The notes under the pieces are model-generated. The model ran no database searches, was not told where the DNA came from, and saw only the letters and a program-made list of their open reading frames with translations. A program made the translations under genes and the position numbers. Positions 8,039-17,444 of a stretch of 64,000 bases of DNA are shown here, in pieces; the stretch's first letter is position 1; the number at the start of each line of letters is the position of its first letter. The stretch comes from an uncultured Candidatus Binatia bacterium. Its GTDB lineage: Bacteria > Desulfobacterota > Binatia > UBA9968 > JAJDTQ01. The stretch lies in contig OZ244070.1 of the NCBI GenBank assembly GCA_965215605.1, positions 1,120,001-1,184,000 of the forward strand, given 5' to 3'.

Positions 8039-9411
8039 GAACCGTTCCCCCTGCGAGGCTGCCCGGGCCGGTACTCCGCGGCGGCGATGCGGTCGGGGAA
8101 CTCGATGTCCGCGTTGCGGCAGGCGTCGACGATGAGCTTCGAGCCCCAATCCTGACCCGGGTGCACGGGATCCAGGCGGCTGCCCTTGACCCGGTCGATG
8201 ATGGAGATGTCGGTTGCGGCATCCACCCGGGTGGCCACGGCCCACAACACCTCCTCCTCGTCGTACACGTCGATGTCCGCGTCCACGACGATGACGTGCT
8301 TCAGCAGCTCCGTTCCCGTAAACGCGGCCATGGCCGCGAGCTTGGCCTCGCCCTCGCAGCGCTTGTCGATGCTGATGTAGCAGTGGAACCGGCCGGCGCC
8401 GCTCAGCGGCAGACAGACCGACTGGACCGTGGGCACCACCGCCTGGACCTTGCGGTAGATGCTGCCCTCCTTGGGAACCGCCCCCAGCAGGCGGTGGTCC
8501 CGGTGTCCCGCCAGAATATCCATGCACCAGGCGCCCCGGCGATGGGTGATGGCGGTGACCTCCACCACCGGTGACTCCCCCGCGCCGCCGTACAAGCCGG
8601 TAAAGTCTCCGAAGGGCCCTTCCATCTCCCGCTGGTGCGGGAGTACCCGGCCCTCGACGACCATCTCCGCGTCCGCGGGCACCAGCAGCTCGTCGCCGAA
8701 GGTTTCCGACGGCACCAGCCGCAGCGGCTCGCCCATGAGCCCGCCGATGCTCTCGTATTCGTCCTCGGCGATGCCGTTCAAGATGCAGTTGCCGAGGTAG
8801 TAGGCCGGATGGTGCCCGATGACGCAGGCCACCGGCAGCGCTTCGTTGCGTTCCTCCGCGCGCACGAAGTAGTCCCAGAGATGGCGCCGCTCGAAGAACA
8901 TGACCAAGTGGTTCGGGTCGCGCACGTAGCAGCGGTGGAAGGACGAGTTGTAGACGCCGGTGTCCGGATCCCTGGCGCACCAGGTCATGGTCAGATAAGG
9001 GCCGAGGTCCGCGACGTGGTGGGTCAGCACCGGCAGGAAGTGGAGGTTGGGGTCCATCGTGACCTGCTTCACCGGCGCGTCGGCGGCACCCACGACGACG
9101 GGTTTCTCCCGCCTCGCTTCACGGGCCTGGAACTCGATCATCAGCTCCCGGCCGGCCTGCTCGGGCGGCAGGCCCAGGGCCACGGCGCAGGCGGCGCGGG
9201 ACGCGAACACGTTCATCAGGAGCGGGAACTCCGAGGGCTCGCCGCTCAGGTTGTCGATGTTGGAGAAGAGCACCAGCGGCTCCTGCTTCCGCTTCTCCAG
9301 ATCCGCGATCATGGCACAGACTTCCAGGTTGATGTCGTGCTTGCCGGTGACCTCCATCAGCCGCTCGGGGGCGAGGCGCTTGACGGAGTCGATGTAGGTT
9401 CGCAGGTCCAT
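8035..9411 (-). CDS. UbiD family decarboxylase
   Basis: VPADAEMVVEG, EGPFGDFTGLY, KHVIVVDADIDV..EVLWAVATR. Confidence 0.93.
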   Translation of the reverse strand: MDLRTYIDSVKRLAPERLMEVTGKHDINLEVCAMIADLEKRKQEPLVLFSNIDNLSGEPSEFPLLMNVFASRAACAVALGLPPEQAGRELMIEFQAREARREKPVVVGAADAPVKQVTMDPNLHFLPVLTHHVADLGPYLTMTWCARDPDTGVYNSSFHRCYVRDPNHLVMFFERRHLWDYFVRAEERNEALPVACVIGHHPAYYLGNCILNGIAEDEYESIGGLMGEPLRLVPSETFGDELLVPADAEMVVEGRVLPHQREMEGPFGDFTGLYGGAGESPVVEVTAITHRRGAWCMDILAGHRDHRLLGAVPKEGSIYRKVQAVVPTVQSVCLPLSGAGRFHCYISIDKRCEGEAKLAAMAAFTGTELLKHVIVVDADIDVYDEEEVLWAVATRVDAATDISIIDRVKGSRLDPVHPGQDWGSKLIVDACRNADIEFPDRIAAAEYRPGQPRRGNGS

Positions 9412-9417
9412 CGCCAG

Positions 9418-9446
9418 AGTCTACGGCCCGGCCGCGCGGCCGTCAA
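9418..9446 (-). promoter_or_regulatory. sigma70-type promoter, probably leaderless, for the ubiD operon
   Basis: TTGACG-17nt-TAGACT, then 6 nt and the ATG; no SD. Confidence 0.6.
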
Positions 9447-9559
9447 TGTCGGGGCGGCGTGGGACAGGGAACGTGATCCGTTGCAATCGCCCAGCGAAAG
9501 GAACAAGCTTTGAACTCGGTCCGGCCGCCTTCGACGGATCGGCTACCGCCCTCGGTCCA

Positions 9560-10534
9560 ATGAACATGCCGACTCAAGACCCGGTCTCCGGGACCGTCCG
9601 TCTGACCGTTCCCCAAACGCTCCAAGGCAGACGGGTGGATGCGGCCCTGGCGGCGCTCTTGCCGGACCACTCGCGCTCTCGCCTCCAGCGGCTCGTCCGG
9701 GACGGACACGTCCGCCTCGACGACCGCGTCCCGGAGTGCTCCGACAAGGTCGCGGCCGGCGCCCGCATCGAGATGGAGCTGACGCAACCCGTGGAGGTTT
9801 CCTGGAAGCCTCAACCCATTCCCCTGGAGATCGTCCACGAGGACAACGCGTTGCTTGTGATCAACAAGCCGCCCGGGATGGTGGTTCACCCCGGGGCGGG
9901 CAATTTCGAGAACACGCTGCTCAACGCCGTGATGCACCACGCCCCCACCCTCGAGACCGTTCCACGCGCCGGCATCGTGCACCGGCTCGACAAGGACACG
10001 TCGGGCCTGCTGGTGGTGGCCAAGACCGATACGGTGCGCCTGCGCCTGGTGCGGGAACTGCAGGCGCGGCGCGTCAGGCGGGAATACCTGGCGCTGGTGA
10101 GCGGGGTGGTCCGCACCGGCGGCTCCATCGCGGCGCCCATCGGCCGGCACCCGGTACACCGCACCCGCATGTCGGTACAACAGCGCGGCCGGGAGGCCAC
10201 CAGCCATTACAGCGTGAAAGCATCCTACCCGAGCCACACCCTGTTGGAGGTGCAGCTTGAGTCCGGCCGAACCCACCAGATCCGCGTGCACATGGCCCAC
10301 ATCGGACACCCCGTGGTCGGCGACCCGATGTACGGCGGACGCAGCGGCGCCGTCGCCAAGGCTCGCGGGCCGGAGCTGACGGAGTTGATGCGAGGCTTCC
10401 GGCGGCAGGCCCTTCACGCGGAACGGCTCGGACTGAGCCACCCGGAAACGGGCGAGCCTCTGGAATGGACAGCGCCCATGCCCGCGGACATGCGGGCGCT
10501 CGTGGAGGCGCTGGAGGCGGACGCACGCCGGTGA
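9560..10534 (+). CDS. rluD: 23S rRNA pseudouridine synthase (RluA/RluD family)
   Basis: S4 domain, NKPPGMVVHPGAG, GIVHRLDKDTSGLL, GRTHQIRVHM, RQALHA; start approximate. Confidence 0.92.
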   Translation: MNMPTQDPVSGTVRLTVPQTLQGRRVDAALAALLPDHSRSRLQRLVRDGHVRLDDRVPECSDKVAAGARIEMELTQPVEVSWKPQPIPLEIVHEDNALLVINKPPGMVVHPGAGNFENTLLNAVMHHAPTLETVPRAGIVHRLDKDTSGLLVVAKTDTVRLRLVRELQARRVRREYLALVSGVVRTGGSIAAPIGRHPVHRTRMSVQQRGREATSHYSVKASYPSHTLLEVQLESGRTHQIRVHMAHIGHPVVGDPMYGGRSGAVAKARGPELTELMRGFRRQALHAERLGLSHPETGEPLEWTAPMPADMRALVEALEADARR

Positions 10535-10626
10535 CGCCGGCGTGTTTCCGTTTTCTCTTGGTTCGGTAGTAGAATCGTGGCAATTCGGCACTGCACACAG
10601 CCCCACAAAGGCAAAGGAGTCGGCAG

Positions 10627-11331
10627 ATGAGTCAATCGGTCAGCGCCTACAACTACGAGACATTCAACCGCTCGGAAAGCTCGGCCAAGGCCGGCGAGTT
10701 CACCGCCCGCCTGCGGGCCGGAGAGGAAGCCCCCGACTTCGCCCTCCCGACCCTCGACGGCGATACGGTCAGGCTTTCCGGGTTCAAGGGCAGCAAGCAC
10801 GTGCTGCTGGAGTTCGGCAGCATCACCTGACCGCCCTTCGTGGGCGAGGTCTCGCCCCTCAACGAAATGTACCGGAACTACCGCGGCAAGGGCTTCGAAT
10901 TCCTCACCATCTACGTACGTGAGCCCCATCCGGGGGAGCATTACGGTCCGCACAAGGACTTCGAGCAGAAACTGGAATACGCGCGCCAGTGCAGGGACCA
11001 GGACGGCATCGAAAACCCTCTGCTGGTGGATGACCTGGAGGGTACCGTCCATCAACTCTACGGCGTCCTCCCCAACATGATCTACATCGTCAGCAAGGAA
11101 GGTCGCATCGTCTACAAAGCCATGTGGACCGACCACGAAGAGATCCGGGTGGTCCTGGACAACCTGGTCATGGCCGACGAACTGCGCGCCCAGGGCGTGC
11201 GCCTGAAGCCCTCCCTCACCGAGAAGATCAACTTCATCCCCGCCCAGTACGCCGGCGGCCTCCGCGAAAAGGTCTTCGACCGGGCCGGCCCGAAGGCGTG
11301 GGAAGACTACCGGGGGACGTTCGGGGGGTAG
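10627..11331 (+). CDS. Iodothyronine-deiodinase-like / peroxiredoxin-fold selenoprotein (Sec at TGA 10828-10830)
   Basis: ORFs 10627..10830 and 10840..11331 are in frame; readthrough gives APDFALPTLDG...LEFGSIT-U-PPF...FLTIYVREPHP; SECIS follows. Confidence 0.9.
10842..10857 (+). promoter_or_regulatory. Bacterial SECIS element
   Basis: GGGCGA-GGUC-UCGCCC hairpin beginning 11 nt after the UGA, with a GGUC apical loop as in the E. coli fdhF SECIS. Confidence 0.85.
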
Positions 11332-11409
11332 CGCAGAGCTCCGCCGGAGCGTGAGCGTGCGCCTGGACCGACGGAAGGCATCACAATCCATGAACGAAAG
11401 GAGTGGACC

Positions 11410-11844
11410 ATGACATCCAAACGGTATCCGAAGTCTGCGAAGTCCGTCGTGGCGGCGGCCGGACTTCTGGCGTTCGCCGTACTCGGGCTGCTCGGGGGTA
11501 CGTCGCAAGTCCAGGGCCAGGAGGCGATGGAGGGCCGGTATCCCGTCAAGTACGTCGTTTCGGTGGACTATCCCCTGGACGGCAAGGACAAGTATATTGC
11601 CTGGGTCAACAGCGTCGCCGAAGACCTCAAGGCTCCTGCCGAGGTACGGCGCATAACCTCCTACGACGACTACTACGGCGCATCCCCGCACCGCATGGTG
11701 GAGTTCGAGTTCGACAGCATCGAAGATGCGGGGAAGTATTTCGGCAACGAGAAGGTCAGCGCCGTCTTCGAGGACCTGACCCGCTACGGCCTCAACGCGA
11801 AAGTGCAGATGTTGATGCTGCGGAGCGACTACGCCCCGAAGTGA
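11410..11844 (+). CDS. Exported hypothetical protein (signal peptide; dimeric alpha-beta barrel-like)
   Basis: AGGAG RBS; basic/hydrophobic signal sequence; MVEFEFDSIEDA. Confidence 0.7.
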   Translation: MTSKRYPKSAKSVVAAAGLLAFAVLGLLGGTSQVQGQEAMEGRYPVKYVVSVDYPLDGKDKYIAWVNSVAEDLKAPAEVRRITSYDDYYGASPHRMVEFEFDSIEDAGKYFGNEKVSAVFEDLTRYGLNAKVQMLMLRSDYAPK

Positions 11845-11863
11845 TTCGTAAAACAGACGCGGA

Positions 11864-12136
11864 TCAGAACGGCAGGCTGTGCTTCCTGGTGGTGTTGCAG
11901 GGCTTGCAACTGGGGACCACGTTACCCTTGGTGCTCTTGCCGCCGCGGATGACGGGAACGAGGTGATCCATGGTCAGCTCCCGCGGCGGGAACCGGCCGC
12001 CGCAGTGAACGCACAACCCCTTGCCGGCGCGGTTCTTCCACCACTGGCTGTCCCGCAGCTCCCGCGCCTTGCGCCGCTCTCGGCGGATCTCGTCCTCGGT
12101 AACCGGAACGAGGAAGCCATCGGCGTCCGCGGTCAT
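11864..12136 (-). CDS. HNH endonuclease family protein
   Basis: CVHC...LTMDHLVPVIRGGKSTKGNVVPSCKPCN. Confidence 0.9.
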   Translation of the reverse strand: MTADADGFLVPVTEDEIRRERRKARELRDSQWWKNRAGKGLCVHCGGRFPPRELTMDHLVPVIRGGKSTKGNVVPSCKPCNTTRKHSLPF

Positions 12137-12137
12137 C

Positions 12138-12329
12138 TCACAGCACCTTGTTCTTCAGGGTCCTGAAGTAGACGGCGAAGCCTGCGGCAACGCCGATGTA
12201 CAGCACGCTCCGCGCCAGCGCCCAGCCCTCGCCCGCGCCGAAGTAGTTCGTCAGCTCCCACCCGCTGAAGAAGATGAAGAAGACGACGGACGTCCCGATG
12301 AGTATCTTGTGGGCGGTGATCAAGCGCAT
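12138..12329 (-). CDS. Small two-TM membrane protein
   Basis: 63 aa, two hydrophobic helices, stop abuts the HNH start. Confidence 0.7.
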   Translation of the reverse strand: MRLITAHKILIGTSVVFFIFFSGWELTNYFGAGEGWALARSVLYIGVAAGFAVYFRTLKNKVL

Positions 12330-12412
12330 GACTCAAACATCCCGATGGAGGCCTAACGTCATCCGTCTATTTCTAGTAGATTTTCGGGATTTCCAACAGA
12401 CAAGGAGAACCC

Positions 12413-12793
12413 ATGTCCATGGAAGTAGTCCATACCGACAAGGCGCCCGCGGCCATCGGCCCGTACGAGCAGGCCGTCAAGGCCAACGGTTTCGTGTACA
12501 CGGCGGGGCAGATCGCGCTGGTGCCCGAGTCCGGCGAGCTCGTGACGGGCGGCGTGGAGGAGCAGGCGCGCCGGGTGCTCGACAACGTGACGGCGGTCCT
12601 TGAGGCGGCCGGCAGCTCCTGGAGCCAAGTGGTCAAGACGACCATCTACCTCACCGACATGGCCGACTTCGGCGCGGTCAACGCCGTCTACGAAAGCTAC
12701 CTGGGCTCCGCCAGGCCCGCCCGCACCACGGTGGCGGTGGCAGGGCTCCCCAAGGGAGCGCTGGTGGAAGTGGACACGGTGGCGCTGGCCTGA
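12413..12793 (+). CDS. ridA: RidA/YjgF family enamine/imine deaminase
   Basis: APAAIGPYEQA, VKTTIYLTDMADF, PARTTVAVAGLPKGALVEVD. Confidence 0.93.
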   Translation: MSMEVVHTDKAPAAIGPYEQAVKANGFVYTAGQIALVPESGELVTGGVEEQARRVLDNVTAVLEAAGSSWSQVVKTTIYLTDMADFGAVNAVYESYLGSARPARTTVAVAGLPKGALVEVDTVALA

Positions 12794-12795
12794 AA

Positions 12796-13659
12796 TCACG
12801 TTTTCGGGGAACCGTCCGGGTTGAGGTAGTCCCGCCAGACGTGAGCGGCCGTGAAACCGAGGACCTTCCCCGCCTTGGTGACGTCGAGGCCCCCCCAATG
12901 GCCTGAATAACCTTCCTTTATTCGGGAGCCGGGGATGTATCTCCGGACCAACTCTTCCGTGGGATCCGGATAACGGCTCGTGGGCGCGGCGATGTTGAAG
13001 ACCTGGTGTCCTGAAAGAGGCGCCTCCAACGCCAGCCGACAAGCCACGGCGGCGTCGCGCGCGTCCACGTAGCTCCAGAAGGTTCCCATCCTCACCGCCG
13101 GGTCGGCCCAGCGCTCCGGCAGCGTGCCGTAGGTCGGGTCGAAGTTCACGCCGCTGAACCGGAGGCTGACCACGGTGACGTCGCTGTACTGCGTGCAGGA
13201 GCCGGCAAGCTGCTCCCCGAACACCTTGGACAGGGCGTACGGGTCCTGGGGCCGGCAGGGATAGTCCTCGTCGAGGGGCAGGTAGTCGGGTTCCCAGATC
13301 CTGGGGGCGTAGAGGAAGCCGTAGGCGGCGATGCTCGAAGCGCACACCACGCGCGGCACGCCCAGGTCCACGGCGGCCTTGAGCACGTTGTAGGTGGCGG
13401 TGACGTTGTTGCCGAAGGTCTCGCAGTCGGGCGCCAGGTTGGGGGCTTGGTAGGCGCCCAGGTGGATCACGGCATCGGCGCCCCTGAAGGCTTGGTAGAG
13501 ATCGCCCGAGCGGCGCAGGTCGCAGAGCCAGGAGTCGCACAGCTTCGCCGGCGGCGGCACGACGTCCAGGCTCAACACCTCGTAACCGTGCTCGAGAAGG
13601 TGGCCGATGGTATGCTGTCCGAGGCGGCCGCTGCCGCCGGTGACTACGATCCTGGGCAT
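12796..13659 (-). CDS. NAD-dependent epimerase/dehydratase family (uronate dehydrogenase-like)
   Basis: TGGSGRLG, YALSK motifs. Confidence 0.88.
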   Translation of the reverse strand: MPRIVVTGGSGRLGQHTIGHLLEHGYEVLSLDVVPPPAKLCDSWLCDLRRSGDLYQAFRGADAVIHLGAYQAPNLAPDCETFGNNVTATYNVLKAAVDLGVPRVVCASSIAAYGFLYAPRIWEPDYLPLDEDYPCRPQDPYALSKVFGEQLAGSCTQYSDVTVVSLRFSGVNFDPTYGTLPERWADPAVRMGTFWSYVDARDAAVACRLALEAPLSGHQVFNIAAPTSRYPDPTEELVRRYIPGSRIKEGYSGHWGGLDVTKAGKVLGFTAAHVWRDYLNPDGSPKT

Positions 13660-14906
13660 CTAGTGTCGCGTACCCCCACGAACGAGTCCAGCTTCACCAG
13701 ACCCTCGGCGTTTCCCTCGAGCCTCAACGCCTTGGGCTCCCGGCCCGCGGCCACGTCGTCGATGGCCTCGCGGACCATGCGCCGCAGCATGATGATGCCG
13801 CGGTCGGAGCTGCCGAGCCGTTCTTCGCGCTCGCCCAGCAGCCGTTGGGTGCCCTGCGTGACGATGTCCTCCTGCCGGATGTTGCCGCGGAAGGGCATGA
13901 GCGGCCGCGTGTCGTGGGGCTTGACCTCACCCTTGGGGGCTTCCCGCTTCCGCATCCGCGCCAGCCGCTCGAAGATGTCCGGGTCCGGGCCGGTGTAGTA
14001 GTCCACCGTGAACAGCATGAAGTGGTCGTCGTCGTTGGGGGTGAGGAACATGAAGTGCTCGTAGTTGGAGCCTACCTTCTCCAGCACCTCCGGCTCCACC
14101 CGCGCGTGCACGAACTCGGTGTCGCCCACCTGCAGGATGCTCGGCAGCCCCAGGCTCATCTCGTCCACGAACTCGGTGCCTTCCACCCGGCCGGGCTTGG
14201 ACATGACCATCTTCATGCCGTAGGGGGTTTCCACCGGCTCGTAGGCCGGCGGGCTCTTGGCGCTGAAAAACGAACCGCCCCAGGTCTGCTCGCCGTAGGC
14301 GCTGCGGCTGTGGAGGATCCACACGTGGCAGGGGTCGGCGCTGTTCTCGTAGAAATTGAACCAGTTGTAGTCGAAGTACCGGGTGCTCTCCACCAGCCGC
14401 TGACCGCCGTGGTCCACCAGCGGGGAATAGTTGGGCAGGGGCGGCGGATCGGCGGGGTCGGGACCCATGTAGGCGAAGATCAGCCCTCCCAGGCTCCTCA
14501 CCGGGTAGGCCGGATGCTTCACCTTGGCGCAGAACTCGGTCTCCGGCGGCTCGGACGGCTGCTCCAGGCAGTTGCCTGTAACGTCATAGAGCCAGCCGTG
14601 GTAGGGGCAACGGATGCCGCGCTCCTCGATGTCGCCGTACTCCAGGGACGAGCCGCGGTGGGAGCAGCTTTGGCCGATGAGGCCCAACCGGCCCTGGCCG
14701 TCGCGGAGGAGCACCAGGTCCTCGCCCAGGATGCGCACCGCCTGCGGAACGTCGTGAAGCTCCGCCTCGGTGCCCACGGCGAGCCAGTAGCGCCGCAGCC
14801 ACTCTCCGCCCGGCGTGCCGCGCCCCACGCGCGGGATGTCCTTGTTGGTGCTTCTGAAGGTTTCCACGGGGCGACCTCGGACCGGCTCGAATACGGACGC
14901 GGGCAT
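13644..14906 (-). CDS. Rieske non-heme iron oxygenase alpha subunit (phthalate 4,5-dioxygenase-like)
   Basis: CSHRG...CPYHGW Rieske motif; ENSADPCHVWILH iron site; RLGSSDRGIIMLRR; TGATG overlap with the upstream gene. Confidence 0.9.
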   Translation of the reverse strand: MPASVFEPVRGRPVETFRSTNKDIPRVGRGTPGGEWLRRYWLAVGTEAELHDVPQAVRILGEDLVLLRDGQGRLGLIGQSCSHRGSSLEYGDIEERGIRCPYHGWLYDVTGNCLEQPSEPPETEFCAKVKHPAYPVRSLGGLIFAYMGPDPADPPPLPNYSPLVDHGGQRLVESTRYFDYNWFNFYENSADPCHVWILHSRSAYGEQTWGGSFFSAKSPPAYEPVETPYGMKMVMSKPGRVEGTEFVDEMSLGLPSILQVGDTEFVHARVEPEVLEKVGSNYEHFMFLTPNDDDHFMLFTVDYYTGPDPDIFERLARMRKREAPKGEVKPHDTRPLMPFRGNIRQEDIVTQGTQRLLGEREERLGSSDRGIIMLRRMVREAIDDVAAGREPKALRLEGNAEGLVKLDSFVGVRDTRCPGS

Positions 14907-15796
14907 CAATCCAGGAGGCCGCCGCGGCTCAGCTCCCGGTGCACCGAGTCCCGCGCCTCCGGCGGCAACGGTTTGGTCTCCCACTTGGGGAAGCGCTTGA
15001 TGTCGAACCCGCGCATCCGGTACATCTCGGCCACCACGGCCCGGCCGTGGCGCTTGATCTGTCCGATGATGACCGCGGTGACATCGTTGACCCGGCGCTG
15101 CAGTTGCACCGCCTGCCCGTAGTCCTCCCGTTCCAGCGCGCGCCACAGTTCCACGCACAATTCGGGAAGGCAACTCGTGGGCGGATTGATCATGCCGGCC
15201 ACCCCGAACGGCACCAGCCCGAAGATATCCGCGTTGCCGGTGAACACCGACACGTCCGGCGGGAACAGCCGCACGTAGTCCAGCATGGCGCCGGCGCCGT
15301 AAGCCACCTTGATGCCGCGGATGGTGGGGATCTCCTCCTTCAGACGCTGGGCGAAAGGCGGCGCGATGGAGATGCCCGAGTACTTGGGGTTCTCGTAAAT
15401 GAAGATGGGCAGCGGCACGGCGCCGGCCACCGCCCGGAAATGGGCCATGATCTCGTACTCCGAGTGGTCGGAGTAGTAGTACGGCGGGATCACGCCGATG
15501 CCGTCGGCGCCTTGCTCCTCGGCGTGGCGCGCCAGCTCCACCGTGCTCTCGGCATCCGCCGTCCCCACGTGCACGATGAGGGGCGCGCGCCCGGCGTTCT
15601 GCTCGATGGCGACCTCGGCGGTCCGTTTGCGCTGGGCCATGGACATGGCCGGCCCCTGCCCCGAGGAACCCAGCATGAAGAGACCCTGGACCTCGGCGCC
15701 GACGTAAAAGTCCACCAGCTTCCGGAGCATCGGCTCGTCCACCGTTCCGTCGTGCTCGAACGGCGTGATCACCGGAATGACGATGCCCTTGATCAT
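14906..15796 (-). CDS. Dihydrodipicolinate synthase-family aldolase (not DapA)
   Basis: VITPF, GSSGQG, PPYYY, IYENP, GIKVA. Confidence 0.88.
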   Translation of the reverse strand: MIKGIVIPVITPFEHDGTVDEPMLRKLVDFYVGAEVQGLFMLGSSGQGPAMSMAQRKRTAEVAIEQNAGRAPLIVHVGTADAESTVELARHAEEQGADGIGVIPPYYYSDHSEYEIMAHFRAVAGAVPLPIFIYENPKYSGISIAPPFAQRLKEEIPTIRGIKVAYGAGAMLDYVRLFPPDVSVFTGNADIFGLVPFGVAGMINPPTSCLPELCVELWRALEREDYGQAVQLQRRVNDVTAVIIGQIKRHGRAVVAEMYRMRGFDIKRFPKWETKPLPPEARDSVHRELSRGGLLD

Positions 15797-15896
15797 GGTC
15801 TCAACCCTCCATGGTCATCAGATACCGCCTGGAAATTGCCGGCGTCAAGCCGGGCGGGAATCACGGTCTTGCCTCGCATGAGGCGGGACCCGTCAC

Positions 15897-17414
15897 TCAA
15901 CCGGCGTCGTTGAACTTGTAGAACGGCTCCGGCGGATGCTCTTCCCGGGATTCGAGGAAATCCCTCACCCGCGGAAGCAGCCGCGCGTCGACCCCGCCGT
16001 CCCGCTTTCGGGACGGCGGCGCGACCTTCTCCTTCACCGCCTTCAACAGAGCCTTTTCGTCGAGGCGCACGTGCTTGCCGCCGCGGTAGAGGATCTCGCC
16101 GTCCACCATCACGGTGTCCACGGCGCCTGCCCCGCCGCGGTAGATCAGCGCGTCCACCGGCGTTTGATGCCTCGCGAGATACGGCTCCGACATGGGCCGC
16201 GAGTCCACCAGCACCAGGTCCGCGCGCCTGCCCGGCTCCAGGGTGCCGCAACTCGCGCCCCAGCCCAGGATGTCGGCGCCGCCCGCGGTTGCGGCCCGGA
16301 AGATCTCGGCCAGCGGCATCAGCCCCGGGCCCACGCCGGGAACCCGCTGGAGGTTGGCGGCCAGGCGCATTTCCTGAAGCATGTCCGGCCGGTCGTTCAG
16401 CGGGCTGCTGTCGAGCCCCATGCCCAGCCTCACTCCGCCGGCATGGAAGTGCATCAGCGGGGCGATGCCGCTGCGCAGGCGCAGGTTGGAACTCGGGTTG
16501 TGCACCACCGCAGCGCCCTTCGCGGCGGTGGTCTCGATGTCCTTGCGGTTGAGCCACACGCCGTGGGCCAGACTCACGTCCGGCGCCAGAAAATCCAGCC
16601 CCGCCAGCCACTGCACCGCGCTCTTGCCGTACTCCCGCAGGAAATACGACCGCTGGTACCTGGTCTCCAGCACATGGATCTGGATCCCCAGGCCGTGCTC
16701 GGTGGCCTCCCGGCGGATGGCGCGCAACAACTCCTCCGTGCACCATTGGGGCCCGGCCGGGGTGAGGAACAGCCGCGCCCGGCCGTCGCCGATTTCGCCG
16801 GCGAACCGGCGCGCCGCCCGGAAATAGTCGTCGGGCGCCGCGGTCCGGGACTTGCCGTAGCGCGCCACCGCCTGTTCCCGCAGCGACGGCGGCAGCGACG
16901 CCAGGAACTCGTCGTCGCCGTACACGATATGATTGCGGTTGCGGATGTCGAGGCCGAAGGACACCCGCATGCCGGAATCGCGGTAGGCGCGGAGCCGTTC
17001 GTCGACGTGGGCCTCGTACGTGTCCGGGGAGCTGCTGGAGTTGTAGTGCAGGCACGTGGTGATGCCCGACTCGATCATGGTCTTGCAGGCGTAGAGCACG
17101 TCCAGGTAGGGGTCCAGACCGGCCCGGGCATCGCCCGCGAACCGCGAGATCTCGAAGCAGTCGTCCAAGCCCCCGAGCTGAAAGTCCGTAAGCCCCTTGC
17201 CGTGCTGGTGCGCGTTGACGAAACCCGGAACCACCCAGTACCGTGACGATCCCACCACGGTGGCGTTGGGGTACGCCGGCTTGAGGTCGCGGTACGGCCC
17301 CACCTCGACCACATCGCGCCCCGACACCACCACCGCCCCGTTGCGGATCACCCCTTGGGTCCCGTACCGGGGTTGCATGGTGACGATGAATTTGCCTCGA
17401 ACGAGATAGTCCAT
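15897..17414 (-). CDS. Metal-dependent amidohydrolase (chlorohydrolase/deaminase family)
   Basis: PGFVNAHQH, IHVLET, LAHGVW, HNPSSNLRL, GLD. Confidence 0.9.
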   Translation of the reverse strand: MDYLVRGKFIVTMQPRYGTQGVIRNGAVVVSGRDVVEVGPYRDLKPAYPNATVVGSSRYWVVPGFVNAHQHGKGLTDFQLGGLDDCFEISRFAGDARAGLDPYLDVLYACKTMIESGITTCLHYNSSSSPDTYEAHVDERLRAYRDSGMRVSFGLDIRNRNHIVYGDDEFLASLPPSLREQAVARYGKSRTAAPDDYFRAARRFAGEIGDGRARLFLTPAGPQWCTEELLRAIRREATEHGLGIQIHVLETRYQRSYFLREYGKSAVQWLAGLDFLAPDVSLAHGVWLNRKDIETTAAKGAAVVHNPSSNLRLRSGIAPLMHFHAGGVRLGMGLDSSPLNDRPDMLQEMRLAANLQRVPGVGPGLMPLAEIFRAATAGGADILGWGASCGTLEPGRRADLVLVDSRPMSEPYLARHQTPVDALIYRGGAGAVDTVMVDGEILYRGGKHVRLDEKALLKAVKEKVAPPSRKRDGGVDARLLPRVRDFLESREEHPPEPFYKFNDAG

Positions 17415-17444
17415 CTCAGCCCCCTGTGACCGGGACGCAGGACA

